In this document: positions 8,864 to 18,759 of the stretch, piece by piece
Position numbering within the stretch: position 1 is the stretch's first letter
Layout: every line of letters starts with the position of its first letter
Origin: Desulfobacterales bacterium
GTDB lineage: Bacteria > Desulfobacterota > Desulfobacteria > Desulfobacterales > UBA5852
Assembly: GCA_963674755.2 (NCBI GenBank)
Contig: CAXXVS010000003.1
Location: forward strand, 1,280,001 to 1,344,000
Length of the DNA stretch: 64,000 nt
Reading direction: 5' to 3'
Notes under the pieces: generated by a model
Told to the model about the DNA's origin: nothing
Database searches by the model: none
The model's input: only the letters and a program-made list of their open reading frames with translations
Made by a program: the position numbers and the translations under genes

Positions 8864-11632
8864 TTATCGCTTTTTCCCGCCCTTTTCCCCGGTGAATAGG
8901 GGGAATTCCCGCGGAGTGAAATCGTCGAAGATCTCTTTCATGCTGAGGAAATTGTCATCGAAGATGGGCACACCGTATTCCAATGTAATGTTACCGGATT
9001 CACCTAGCGGAAACATGCTTTCGATGCGGATCGGTCCCTTACGACCGAACTCAACCACATGCGCGTAAGTTGAACGGGAAGCGAAGGGCGTGGTCCACTC
9101 AATAGGTGTCGCATTAATTTTTTCTAGATATGTATTCAGCAGGTCGTGCCTGTACTCGATGTTTCCACGAGGCACGTCGATGGGGATCGATCCCCCATAG
9201 GTAGCCATGACATTTTCAAAGGCCCTTATGACAATGGCTTCCAGAGTTTGGGGTGCGTTTTGGTTGCTGTTGCTGAACCAGTTGTAGGTGGTTTTAATGC
9301 CGTCGTCATCTTCATTCATGGCATGCAGGATCACATTGAAAAGCAATGTGTTGTTGCACGCCAGATATCCTCCCTCTCCGTCTCCCAACTCGTCATCGAA
9401 TGTCAGGTGGATGATTTCCTTTAGCCAGTCGTTCATCAGGACCCAACCCTGGGCGCGGGTGTCTCCATTGACCCAGTTGCCTTCCACGAAATGTCCATCA
9501 TCATTATTCCACTTTTCAAGGATTTCTAAAACTCCTGGGAAATCTTCATCGAGCTTGTCATCTTTGGCATATTGAATGAACTTATTCGCCACAAAGGCCC
9601 AGGGGTTGCCCCCGCCGTTAAAAGAATCTGTTGCGGCGATGTTGAGGGCCAGGTCTCGGATGTCCTCGAAGGTCAGGTCGTTGTTAGTGGTCAAATAATT
9701 ATAGATTACGTGGGCTCGTTGGAAGGGGCCGTAGATGTCGTTGTTGCTGTTAAAAGCATTAAAATAGGTGGGACTGGTCTTGTTGTTCCAGCCGGCGAAA
9801 AAGTCCCTTTTAGGATTTCGGGCGTGGGAGCGGGGCACGAGTTCATTGTCCACCCAATCTGTCACAGGCTCACCTTCAGTTGCATCCTGGGGTAGGAAAA
9901 AGAGGTAGCGCATCTTTGGGTCGTCCATCCCTTTACGCGCGGGATCACGGCCGGACATCCAGTAAGCGATATTGCCGTCCCGGTCGGCGTAGCAGAAATG
10001 CTGGCTGACGGCGATCTCTTCGATGGCCGTGCCGAAATCATTCATGCTTTCGGCACGGGCAAGGCCCAGGAAAGCTTTGACGACATTGAACTCATATCCC
10101 CAATGAGCATAGCGCCAGGAGATGAACGGATCAGTTTTTATGACCGGGCCATATTCTGTTCGGAATACGTTAAAAGTTTTCTTATCCATTTGGTAGGTTT
10201 TGAGGTTGATAACTTTTATTGTCTCTTCCCTGCCCTCATCTAGCGAGCCTCCTACAGTGTAGTCGGTGGTGTGTGCGTGGCCTACTTGCATAGACCAGGC
10301 ATGATGGGGGGTGCGCCCGATAATAATGCCCGGGATGCCGGGCACCGTCATGCCGGATATGTTCAGCCCGGCGGCTCGGATGGAACCCTCGCAGACGATG
10401 GAAGGCACTGAGAAACCCATCTGGGGGCCTGAGTAGATGATGGGGTTGCCCGAAGCGGTCTTCTTGCCGGACACCACCCAAGCGTAGCTTCCCATCTTGA
10501 CCTTGGCGTTGATCTTCTTTAGGTTTTCTTTGATTTTATCTATGCGTTTCGCAAACTCATTGCAGGCTTTTCCAAGCCCAGGGACAATCTTTGGGACTAT
10601 GTCTGTATCATCGGCATTTTCTATCGCTTCTTTGGTATCAACAATATAGGTCTGTGCTTCTGGATCGTTAGACCAGCGGAGATCTTTGAACATGGCCATA
10701 GCCTGATAGACGTCTTCGTCTGAAAAAGCGGTTAGATGCTCCAGCAAAGCGGCATTTTTCAGCTGAGCTTGGTCCAGAGCTTCGGGATCGAATTCGCGCT
10801 GGAGCAAGGCGCACCAAGCCAGGATATCCTCAACGGTCCACTCTGTCAGAACAGATTCCAGGGGTAGCTCCGATAATTGAAGAAATTCAAATTCGAATGG
10901 GAGAATGGTTGTATCTTCATAAATTTGCCATATTCGCCGGTTGATGCCGGCCGCATAACCCGCAATGATAGCCTTGCTTTCGTCATCCAAATCGGCAAAG
11001 CCTGCGCTCAGTTCATCATCGGAATAGCCTATGGTCCGCATGAAGACATCGCTTTTGAGCTGGCTCTCGCCGAAAATTTCCGCCAGCCGTCCCCGGGCCG
11101 TACGGCGGTAAAGCTCCATCTGCCAGAGGCGGTCGGTGGCGATGGCATAACCCATGGCCTCGAACGTATTGTATAGGCTGCTGTTGACCTCGAAGGTGCA
11201 GGCCGCCACGTCCACACGCTTTTTAGCACCGCGGACCTTGGCCCGCAGCCGGTTGAAGCGGGCTTTCTTGGAGCGGTATTTGTGCCTGCGGCCCTCGATG
11301 AACCACACGCCCTTGTCGTCCCGGCTGGTTTCGATGGTTTCAGAATAGGAGCGCACACCGTCGTCGGGGTCGATCACGGCCGTCATGGTGCTGCCCGTCA
11401 ATGTGAAGCGGTCGGTAATCTCTTTGCTGTTGAGCCAGGCCCGAAAGGTGGACGGATCGGCACCGTTTTTCAATTCCACTACGACCTCGACGGTATCCTG
11501 CAGGCAGGTCTGGCGTTTGGTCGGGGATTGGATGGTCAGTAGCTGGTGTTGCTTGGCCTCGGTCGTGGCGGTTTGGCCTGGCATGACCAACATGATCACG
11601 GCCAGTGCGGTGATCAGAAATCGTTTGTGCAT
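8864..11632 (-). CDS. Secreted penicillin acylase family Ntn-hydrolase with an extra N-terminal beta-rich domain
   Basis: Signal peptide; GYAIATDRLWQMELYRRTARGRLAEIFG; beta-chain start GSYAWVVSGKKTASGNPI; YADRDGNIAY; GWNNK. Confidence 0.88.
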   Translation of the reverse strand: MHKRFLITALAVIMLVMPGQTATTEAKQHQLLTIQSPTKRQTCLQDTVEVVVELKNGADPSTFRAWLNSKEITDRFTLTGSTMTAVIDPDDGVRSYSETIETSRDDKGVWFIEGRRHKYRSKKARFNRLRAKVRGAKKRVDVAACTFEVNSSLYNTFEAMGYAIATDRLWQMELYRRTARGRLAEIFGESQLKSDVFMRTIGYSDDELSAGFADLDDESKAIIAGYAAGINRRIWQIYEDTTILPFEFEFLQLSELPLESVLTEWTVEDILAWCALLQREFDPEALDQAQLKNAALLEHLTAFSDEDVYQAMAMFKDLRWSNDPEAQTYIVDTKEAIENADDTDIVPKIVPGLGKACNEFAKRIDKIKENLKKINAKVKMGSYAWVVSGKKTASGNPIIYSGPQMGFSVPSIVCEGSIRAAGLNISGMTVPGIPGIIIGRTPHHAWSMQVGHAHTTDYTVGGSLDEGREETIKVINLKTYQMDKKTFNVFRTEYGPVIKTDPFISWRYAHWGYEFNVVKAFLGLARAESMNDFGTAIEEIAVSQHFCYADRDGNIAYWMSGRDPARKGMDDPKMRYLFFLPQDATEGEPVTDWVDNELVPRSHARNPKRDFFAGWNNKTSPTYFNAFNSNNDIYGPFQRAHVIYNYLTTNNDLTFEDIRDLALNIAATDSFNGGGNPWAFVANKFIQYAKDDKLDEDFPGVLEILEKWNNDDGHFVEGNWVNGDTRAQGWVLMNDWLKEIIHLTFDDELGDGEGGYLACNNTLLFNVILHAMNEDDDGIKTTYNWFSNSNQNAPQTLEAIVIRAFENVMATYGGSIPIDVPRGNIEYRHDLLNTYLEKINATPIEWTTPFASRSTYAHVVEFGRKGPIRIESMFPLGESGNITLEYGVPIFDDNFLSMKEIFDDFTPREFPLFTGEKGGKKR

Positions 11633-12283
11633 GGTGTCCTCCTTTCGCGGGCAATCGATGTGTGGATTAACAGCGGGTTGATGGTTGCTTGAAAAAGATC
11701 GTGGTTGTCACGGGAAGGTCGTCTCCGGGATAAAGTCGGTCGGCGGTGGAAGGTGGAAACGCGACGGGCGACGGCGGGAGAGGTTTTGTCAAACCACAGC
11801 GCAAACCTGTCCGCATGGCCTGTTCAGGAGGTACCCCACCATCACTATGACTTTGTGCCTATACCTTGTGACGCGAGCTGCTTTCCCGATTGGGCCCCTG
11901 CGGCCCACCAGGTGGTTCCGGGAAGAGAGGGGTCCGGGAAACACCGTCACGGGAGGATCATGCATTTTATCTTTTGATGAATGAAAGGAAAACGAATGAA
12001 TGAGAATCACTCGCTGAAATCTATCTTTAAAGGAAACCGCCTGCGCGCGTCAACCCAAAATTTGCATCCGATAATCGTCCGGGAATACGCCTACGATCAG
12101 CCCTCGCGTAAGAACTAGGTGGTATTGGAAATCCTCAAAAATACAAAAACGTATTTCAATGATTTTTTTTCAACATAATTGTATTTATACGATTGTATTT
12201 TCTATTCCTGCATCTGGCGATAAAATCATAAATTAAGTTTAATATCAAATAGTTAAAAAATTTCTGGGGGTTTTCGGGCTGGA

Positions 12284-12298
12284 TGGCACGTCCCTTGC
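12284..12298 (+). promoter_or_regulatory. Sigma54 promoter of amtB
   Basis: TGGCACGTCCCTTGC matches TGGCAC-N5-TTGC; preceded by an AT-rich tract. Confidence 0.85.
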
Positions 12299-12413
12299 CA
12301 GTATGTCACTACCAAAAAACAAGCATGTCTCGGCCATCGCCGCAGAACGAGCAGGTCGGACTCAAAAATGATGATCAACCCTATAACCTGATGGAATGAG
12401 TGAGGAACAGATC

Positions 12414-13814
12414 ATGAAACGAATTTTGACAATGCTGATTTTTCTTCTATCTGTCGCATCGGTCTGCTGGGCGGGCGACGAGGTGCCGACGACCCTGTCG
12501 AACAAGGCCGCCATCGATCTCGTGCAGGTGCACGCCAACTTCCTGTGGACGCTGGTGGCCGCGGCCCTGGTCTTTTTCATGCAGGCCGGATTTGCCATGG
12601 TAGAGACCGGTTTTACCCGGGCCAAGAACGCCGTCAATATCATGATGAAAAACCTGATGGACTTTTCCATCGGCTCCATTGCTTTTTGGGCTATCGGTTT
12701 CGGCCTCATGTTCGGGGCCACCACCACCGGCTGGTTCGGGACGACGGGCTTTTTCCTGAGCGACTTCACGGGCGAAGGCACCGAATGGATCCTGGCGTTC
12801 TGGATGTTTCAAGTGGTGTTTTGTGCGACAGCCGCCACCATCGTCTCCGGCGCCATGGCCGAACGCACCAAATTTGTCGGGTATCTGTGCTACAGCGTGG
12901 TCCTGAGCGCCATTATCTATCCGATTTTCGGCAGTTGGGCCTGGGGCAGCCTGCTAAACGGCGATGGCTGGCTGGAAGGCCTGGGTTTCATCGATTTCGC
13001 CGGCTCCACCGTGGTGCATTCGGTAGGCGGCTGGGCCGCCCTGGCCGGCGCCATGGTATTGGGACCCCGCATCGGCAAATACACCAAAGACGGCAAGATC
13101 CGTCCGATCCTAGGCCACAACATGCCCCTGGCCGCTTTGGGGGTGTTCATTCTCTGGCTGGGCTGGTTCGGGTTCAATCCCGGTTCCACCACCACGGCGG
13201 ACAAGAGCATCGCCATGATCTTTGTGAACACCAACCTGGCGGCGGCGGCCGGCGCGATTCTGGCGATGGTCATCTCGTGGATGAAGTTCGGCAAGCCGGA
13301 AGTGGGCATGAGCCTCAACGGCGCTCTGGCGGGCCTGGTGGGCATCACGGCCGGCTGCGCCAATGTGACCCCCGGCAGTGCGATCATCATCGGGTCGGTG
13401 GCCGGTGTTATCGTGGTCTACTCGGTGGTGTTTTTTGACAAGATCAAGATCGACGACCCGGTGGGTGCCATTTCGGTGCATGGGGTCTGTGGTGCCTGGG
13501 GCACCCTGGGTGCCGGGATCTTCGATATGGCCGGTTTCTCCCTGAAGACGATCGGGGTGCAGCTGGTGGGCATCGGGGCCTGCTTCCTGTGGGTCTTCCC
13601 GCTGGCCTTCCTGATGTTCAAGCTGATCGACCTGACCATCGGCCTGCGCGTATCGCCTGAAGAAGAACTGGAAGGGCTCGATTGGGCCGAGCACGGCGGG
13701 ACCGCCTACCCGGACTTCGAGGTTTCCAGCTACACGACCAGCCCCGGAATTTCCGGCGGTCCCGGCGGTCCCAAACGCGCCCCGGTCGGCAAGCCGGTGC
13801 CGGAAATGAGTTAG
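12414..13814 (+). CDS. amtB: Ammonium transporter
   Basis: FFMQAGFAMVETG, ATIVSGAMAER, DFAGSTVVH, GWFGFNPGS, DDPVGAISVHG; start after GAGGA RBS. Confidence 0.97.
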   Translation: MKRILTMLIFLLSVASVCWAGDEVPTTLSNKAAIDLVQVHANFLWTLVAAALVFFMQAGFAMVETGFTRAKNAVNIMMKNLMDFSIGSIAFWAIGFGLMFGATTTGWFGTTGFFLSDFTGEGTEWILAFWMFQVVFCATAATIVSGAMAERTKFVGYLCYSVVLSAIIYPIFGSWAWGSLLNGDGWLEGLGFIDFAGSTVVHSVGGWAALAGAMVLGPRIGKYTKDGKIRPILGHNMPLAALGVFILWLGWFGFNPGSTTTADKSIAMIFVNTNLAAAAGAILAMVISWMKFGKPEVGMSLNGALAGLVGITAGCANVTPGSAIIIGSVAGVIVVYSVVFFDKIKIDDPVGAISVHGVCGAWGTLGAGIFDMAGFSLKTIGVQLVGIGACFLWVFPLAFLMFKLIDLTIGLRVSPEEELEGLDWAEHGGTAYPDFEVSSYTTSPGISGGPGGPKRAPVGKPVPEMS

Positions 13815-14180
13815 TACCTTAGTACGTCTAATGGATGACGCTCGCCAGCGTCTACGATGTCATGGCCGGCCGAAGCTCCTTGAACCCTCTCCCTCAACGG
13901 GGCTTCAGCCGGCTGACAACCAGCAGGAAGAGGTTGGTCTCCCAAATCGGTACCGGATACGGAGGTGCTCCGGCCGGCTGCTGGAACACCTGCCCGGATG
14001 CCGAGCCATAGTGTCCGCTAAATGGTCTGTTCCTCCCTACCGCCCAACCTCTTCCTGCCCCTCATTCGCGCGGCCCGGCGCATTTTTCAGCCACCCGTTG
14101 CCGCCCCCTTCTTCCCCCGGATGTCCCAACGGATTTCCCTGTCGGAAGATCCGCATCCGCCCGGCCGGGCCAAAGAGACG

Positions 14181-15191
14181 TCACGCATCGAAGTCGATGT
14201 CCGGATAATGTTTTGCGGCGCATTCCGGACAGAGGCCGTGACTGATATCGGCCTGGGAATGACTGCGAATATAGACATCCACAGGCTCCCAACGCCCGGT
14301 GTCGTCCCTGATTTTTTTGCAGAAGGAACACACCGGCAATATGCCCCGCAAGGTATTGATTTCCGCGAGCGCCTCCCTGAGTTCGGTGATAAGCTGTTCG
14401 CGCTCCCTTTCCGCCTGCTTGCGCAGCGTGATGTCCCGACAAATACAGAAAATGAGCTTCTGGCCCCTGTAAAACGTTGCACTGGTGCTGATCGCGACTT
14501 CGTAGAAGGTGCCGTCTTTACGCTTGTGTAAGGTTTCGAAATGATCGCCGGTCCCGTCGATTGATCGGATCATTTCCAGCAGCGTCTCCCTGGGATAGTT
14601 GCTGTCCCAATCCCAGACGGAAAGCGCCCGAATTTCCTCCATGGTATAGCCCAACATGGCCGCGTATTGCCGATTGGCCTCATAAACCTTGCCCTTTTGA
14701 TCGATGACCACAATGCCGTCCCGGGATTGTTCCACCAGCATGCGCCGTTGGGCTATTTCATCCTTCAACAGCGCCTCGGAACGTTTCTGCTCGGTAATAT
14801 CGCTAATGAAGCCTTCGATAAGAGGGATGTCGTCGGGCTTATGGCCGAAAATGGCCTGGCCTTTTTCCAGGACCCATTTTTCTGTGCCATCAGCGGTTAT
14901 TATACGATATTCGATTTGAAAGGAGCGCTTGGCGCCAACGGCATCGGCGACGGTATCGTATACCATCGGCCGATCTTCCGGATGGATAAGTGAAGCGTAG
15001 GTAGCGCAGGCATTGTGCATCAGGTCCTGGGGACGATGGCCGGTCACCGCATGGCAGCCCGCACTGACGAATTCCATCGTCCAATCGCGGTCCATTTGGC
15101 AGCGATAGGCCATGCCGGGTACATGGTGCAGCAGTGCGGCCAATTGCCGTCGGCATTCGCGCAGGGCTTTTCGATGAGTATCAGATTCCAT
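14181..15191 (-). CDS. PAS-PAS sensor with C-terminal CxxC...HGLCxxC module
   Basis: PAS/PAC motifs (IHPEDR, EYRIITADGTEKWV); ILPVCSFCKKIRD...SHGLCPEC. Confidence 0.85.
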   Translation of the reverse strand: MESDTHRKALRECRRQLAALLHHVPGMAYRCQMDRDWTMEFVSAGCHAVTGHRPQDLMHNACATYASLIHPEDRPMVYDTVADAVGAKRSFQIEYRIITADGTEKWVLEKGQAIFGHKPDDIPLIEGFISDITEQKRSEALLKDEIAQRRMLVEQSRDGIVVIDQKGKVYEANRQYAAMLGYTMEEIRALSVWDWDSNYPRETLLEMIRSIDGTGDHFETLHKRKDGTFYEVAISTSATFYRGQKLIFCICRDITLRKQAEREREQLITELREALAEINTLRGILPVCSFCKKIRDDTGRWEPVDVYIRSHSQADISHGLCPECAAKHYPDIDFDA

Positions 15192-15438
15192 GCCAAAATG
15201 TCTCGTTTATTAAAGGGATCGGTTCCTGCCATACCATATCGGACGGATGGCCTGGCCACTAAAGACAATTTTGTTCGCATTAAGTCTAATACGCGTGCGC
15301 GGGGTGTGGAAGATATGGGGGGGAACGAAAGGCTTGCAGGTCACAATGATCCGGACCACGCTGCATTGACCCCACGTGGTTCCAACGCATTTTAGAGCCT
15401 GCACAATGGTTGCGGATCATGGCCTATTTTTCAAACCG

Positions 15439-15476
15439 CAAGCACCCGGAGGGGCCTTCAGCCCCTCGGGTGCTTG
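15439..15476 (-). terminator. Hairpin at the end of the hdr-met operon
   Basis: caagcaccc-g-gagggg...cccctc-gggtgcttg. Confidence 0.6.
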
Positions 15477-15503
15477 AAGCAGGTGGTCGCCGACCGGAAG
15501 GCT

Positions 15504-16613
15504 TCAGGCGGACTGACCTTTCACCAGTTGGTCATGCATTTGTCGGGAGTGGGTTTTCTTGCGGTCCGAAGCCTCCCTGATGGTCTTGAAGATGGCGGCC
15601 GGTTTGTTCTCGACCCCATCGAAGTCGTACAATTCGATGGTTTTGTCCCGAGCGTCGGCCATGATGGCACGACCCACGGGCGAACGGGTGATGACGGTGG
15701 TCCAGCCTTCCTCGGCGCCCAGTCCGCCAAAGGAGATATCCGCGTATTCGGCGGAATAGTCCGGGCAGTAATGGCAGGCATAGCGCTTCATGAACTCCAG
15801 CTTGTCCAGCGGAATCAATTTCTTCCCGCCCGTATTGAGCTTGATGATCAGGTGGCTGCGCAGGTTGACTTTGACCACATCCTCCCACTTAAACCCGCCG
15901 ATGGTCTCCAACTCTTCCTTTTCCTTGGCATCGAAAAGGAAATTGCCTGAACAGAAGAGGCCCAGGGTGTAGCGGATCGAATCCGAGGGCACGATGCCCA
16001 GGGCTTCGATTTTGCGCAGGGCCTTGATCTGGCAGGGCGTACCCACCAGGGCCACCCGGCGCAGCCCCCGTTGCACCATGGGCCGGAACTCCTGCACGGT
16101 GGGGGCATAGGTGGAGTAGTCATGCCCGAAATGCTTCATGCCGTGGGAGCTGTCCAGGTAAAAGCCGGCGGCATCGATGATTTCCTGGCGGGACGTGGCC
16201 AGCAAGGGATCGCGCTCGAACGGCCCGGTTTGGCGGGTGACGATGGCCCCGTCGATGTGGCCCCGGTCGAACAGGTGCACCAACAGGGCGGTCACCACGC
16301 CGCCGTCGGTGGCCTTCTGCCGGATGGCGGGATCCTTGGCCCGGGCTACGGTGGTGTCCAGGACATGTCCCATGGGGGGTTCCCAGCCGGCGACCTTTTT
16401 GGTTTCCTCCTGGAGTTCGTCGATTTCAGGGCAGATGCTGTAGCACAGCCCGCACTCGATGCATTTGTCACGGTCGGCAAAGCGCGGCACGCCTTCTTCG
16501 CTCAATTCCAGGGCCCCGTAGTTGATGGAGGTGCAGAAGGTGACGCAGCCGCCGCAATGGTGGCAAAGCCCGGGTTCCTGGACTTCCTTGATCAGGTTTT
16601 CAAAGGTCTTCAT
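15504..16613 (-). CDS. Coenzyme F420 hydrogenase/dehydrogenase beta-subunit-like (FrhB/FdhB family) Fe-S flavoprotein
   Basis: CHHCGGCVTFC and CIECGLCYSICP ferredoxin motifs; DGGVVTALL, VGTPCQ, GLFC, ACHYCPDYSAEYADISFG. Confidence 0.88.
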   Translation of the reverse strand: MKTFENLIKEVQEPGLCHHCGGCVTFCTSINYGALELSEEGVPRFADRDKCIECGLCYSICPEIDELQEETKKVAGWEPPMGHVLDTTVARAKDPAIRQKATDGGVVTALLVHLFDRGHIDGAIVTRQTGPFERDPLLATSRQEIIDAAGFYLDSSHGMKHFGHDYSTYAPTVQEFRPMVQRGLRRVALVGTPCQIKALRKIEALGIVPSDSIRYTLGLFCSGNFLFDAKEKEELETIGGFKWEDVVKVNLRSHLIIKLNTGGKKLIPLDKLEFMKRYACHYCPDYSAEYADISFGGLGAEEGWTTVITRSPVGRAIMADARDKTIELYDFDGVENKPAAIFKTIREASDRKKTHSRQMHDQLVKGQSA

Positions 16614-16621
16614 GTCGCCTC

Positions 16622-17551
16622 CTACACTTCAGGCCTGGGGTAAAGACCGGCGGCTTCGACGATGCCCGGGACTTTCTCTTCCCATTCGATGGCCATGATG
16701 TGGAATCCCCGGACGCCTTCACATTCCTTTAGGCGCTGGATGGATTCGATGCACATTTTGATGCCCTCGTCGGCCTGCTTGTCCTTGGGGGTGTCCGCCA
16801 GGCGTTTGACCACCTCATCCGGCACATCCATGCCCGGTACGCGGTTTTTCATGTAGCGCGCCATGCCGGCCGATTTCATGGGTGTCAGCCCGGCCATGAT
16901 GGCACACTTTTCATGCAGGCCGCGATCCACGACGCCCTTCATCCATTCCTCGAACTTGTCGAGGTTGTAAATGCACTGGGTCTGGATGAATTGGGCCCCG
17001 GCCTTGACTTTCTTGGCCAGGCGGGCGACGCGGATTTCAAAGGGATCGGCAAAGGGGTTGGCGGCCGCGCCCACGAACATCTGGGGCGGACGTTTGATAT
17101 CGTCGCCCCCCAGGAATTTGCCCTGGTCGCACATGAGGCGCACGGTTTGCAGCAGCTGCATGGAGTCCAGGTCATGCACGTTCTGCCCTTGGCTGCTGTC
17201 CCCGAAACTCTGATGGTCGCCCGACAGGCATAAAATGTTGTTGATATCCCAGGAGGCCGCCCCCAGAATGTCGCTTTGCAGGGCGATGCGGTTGCGGTCG
17301 CGGGTCACCATCTGCAGCACCGGCTCCAGCCCCAGGGTCTTCAAGCGGATGCAGACCGCGAGCGAACAGGTGCGACAGACCGAGGTCTGATTGTCGGTGA
17401 TATTGATGGCGTCCACGTAATCCTTGATCATTTCGGCCTTTTCAACGATGGCCGTGGGATCGCTGCCGCGGGGAGGACCGCATTCGGACGTTACGGCGAA
17501 GTGACCCGCAGCCAGGACTTTTTCCAGTTTGCTCGGTGTTTTAGCTGTCAT
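16622..17551 (-). CDS. metF: Methylenetetrahydrofolate reductase catalytic subunit
   Basis: ECGPPRG, INITDN, RDRNRIALQSD, LSGD, KKVKAGAQFIQTQ, GFHIM. Confidence 0.93.
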   Translation of the reverse strand: MTAKTPSKLEKVLAAGHFAVTSECGPPRGSDPTAIVEKAEMIKDYVDAINITDNQTSVCRTCSLAVCIRLKTLGLEPVLQMVTRDRNRIALQSDILGAASWDINNILCLSGDHQSFGDSSQGQNVHDLDSMQLLQTVRLMCDQGKFLGGDDIKRPPQMFVGAAANPFADPFEIRVARLAKKVKAGAQFIQTQCIYNLDKFEEWMKGVVDRGLHEKCAIMAGLTPMKSAGMARYMKNRVPGMDVPDEVVKRLADTPKDKQADEGIKMCIESIQRLKECEGVRGFHIMAIEWEEKVPGIVEAAGLYPRPEV

Positions 17552-18212
17552 GCTGCACATCCTCCCTGACGAGTTTGCGTGGACCTCCGGCGCGATCGGA
17601 AGACCAGTCCTTGATGGGGGTGAGTTTTTCGTAGTCGTCCATGCGGCCCAATAGCTTCAAGCGGTCCACAATGAGCTGCCAGGCGCAGTCGACATCTTTG
17701 CTGATTTCGCATTTCCCGTTGGTGGAGCCCCCGCAGGGGCCGTTCATGACGCGTTTGGCGCAGCGGGCAATGGGGCAGATGCCGCCGGTCTGGGCCAGGA
17801 TGCACTGGCCGCAGGCCTGGCAGCGCTCGGTATAGAGTCCCAGTTTCTCGACCGCACCCAAAAAGGTGGTGTTCAGGCCCGGGTAGATCGGTTTGGGGTA
17901 TTTCTCCGCCATGAACTGCACACCGATGCCGCAGGCCGTGCTCAACACGGCATCCGCCCACTCGACGTGCGCTTCGGTCTTTTCGAAAAATTCATGCTCG
18001 CACTGGCGTTCGATGCCGGAATCCTGAATTTCCATCTCGACGCCTTCCTGGGTGGCCTTCATGCGCAGCAGGGAGGCCAGGATTTCGGCTTCCTTGTTGC
18101 CCCCTTGCTGACAAACGGCGACACAGGTGTTGCAACCGAACACCAGGACCTTTTTGTGGCCTTTGATGGTCTCCCATAGCTCTTCAAGAGGTTTCTGTTC
18201 GCCCACGATCAT
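17541..18212 (-). CDS. metV: Methylenetetrahydrofolate reductase Fe-S/Zn subunit
   Basis: GCNTCVAVC, ACGIGVQ, CQACGQC...GGICPIARCAK..NGPCGG...KCE...CAW; overlaps metF. Confidence 0.9.
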   Translation of the reverse strand: MIVGEQKPLEELWETIKGHKKVLVFGCNTCVAVCQQGGNKEAEILASLLRMKATQEGVEMEIQDSGIERQCEHEFFEKTEAHVEWADAVLSTACGIGVQFMAEKYPKPIYPGLNTTFLGAVEKLGLYTERCQACGQCILAQTGGICPIARCAKRVMNGPCGGSTNGKCEISKDVDCAWQLIVDRLKLLGRMDDYEKLTPIKDWSSDRAGGPRKLVREDVQHDS

Positions 18213-18718
18213 GGCTGTTTTCTCCTTTCCTGCGCCTGAAGTGCAAGCCGTATGGGAGAAGGACCGAGTTGCTGGATCCTTTCCGTGAATTCATTGCAGA
18301 TTTCCGCCCATCTCGGCCCCATGGCGGCCGACAAATTATACATCGCGAGGCGTTCGGGATCGAGGCCGACCTTGGGGAGAATGGTTTTCAGATAATTGAC
18401 GCGCTTGGCTGCATTGAGATTTCCTTCCAGGAAATGGCATTGGCCCTCCAGTCAGCCGGCGACGAACAAGCCGTCCACGCCCCGTTCAAATGCGCGCAGC
18501 ACATAGCTGTGGTCCAGCTTGCCCGTGCAGGGCATGCGGATGATTTTGACGTTGTGAGCGTAGGACAACCGCATGACGCCGGCCAGATCGGCTGCGGCGA
18601 AGGCACAGTAATGGCAGGCAAACGCGAGAATGCTGGGGTCCCAGTCGGCCGGGATTTCCCTCGGGGGTTCTATGGGGGGGGCTTCCTCAGCGACGGCCGC
18701 TTGCGCTTGTACGGTCAT
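18209..18718 (-). CDS. mvhD: MvhD-family [2Fe-2S] subunit, selenoprotein (in-frame UGA at 18452-18454), 169 aa
   Basis: FACHYC..AAD.AG, RMPCTGK, DGLFVAG-UGA-LEGQCHF; the frame continues GNLNAAKRV...PERL..FTERIQQLGPSP to a TGA overlapping the metV ATG. Confidence 0.9.
18410..18451 (-). promoter_or_regulatory. Bacterial SECIS-like hairpin
   Basis: After the UGA: CTGGAGGGCCAATGCC-ATTTCC-TGGAA-GGAAAT; stem starts 16 nt downstream, G-containing loop. Confidence 0.7.
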
Positions 18719-18759
18719 GGTGATCGTTCTCCCTGTGGGTGTGATTGAGGGTTGTTCAT

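Noticed and set aside
11640..12000. Cobalamin-riboswitch-like fragments (gggaag)
   Set aside because: Core B12-box elements are missing and the orientation does not fit the acylase gene
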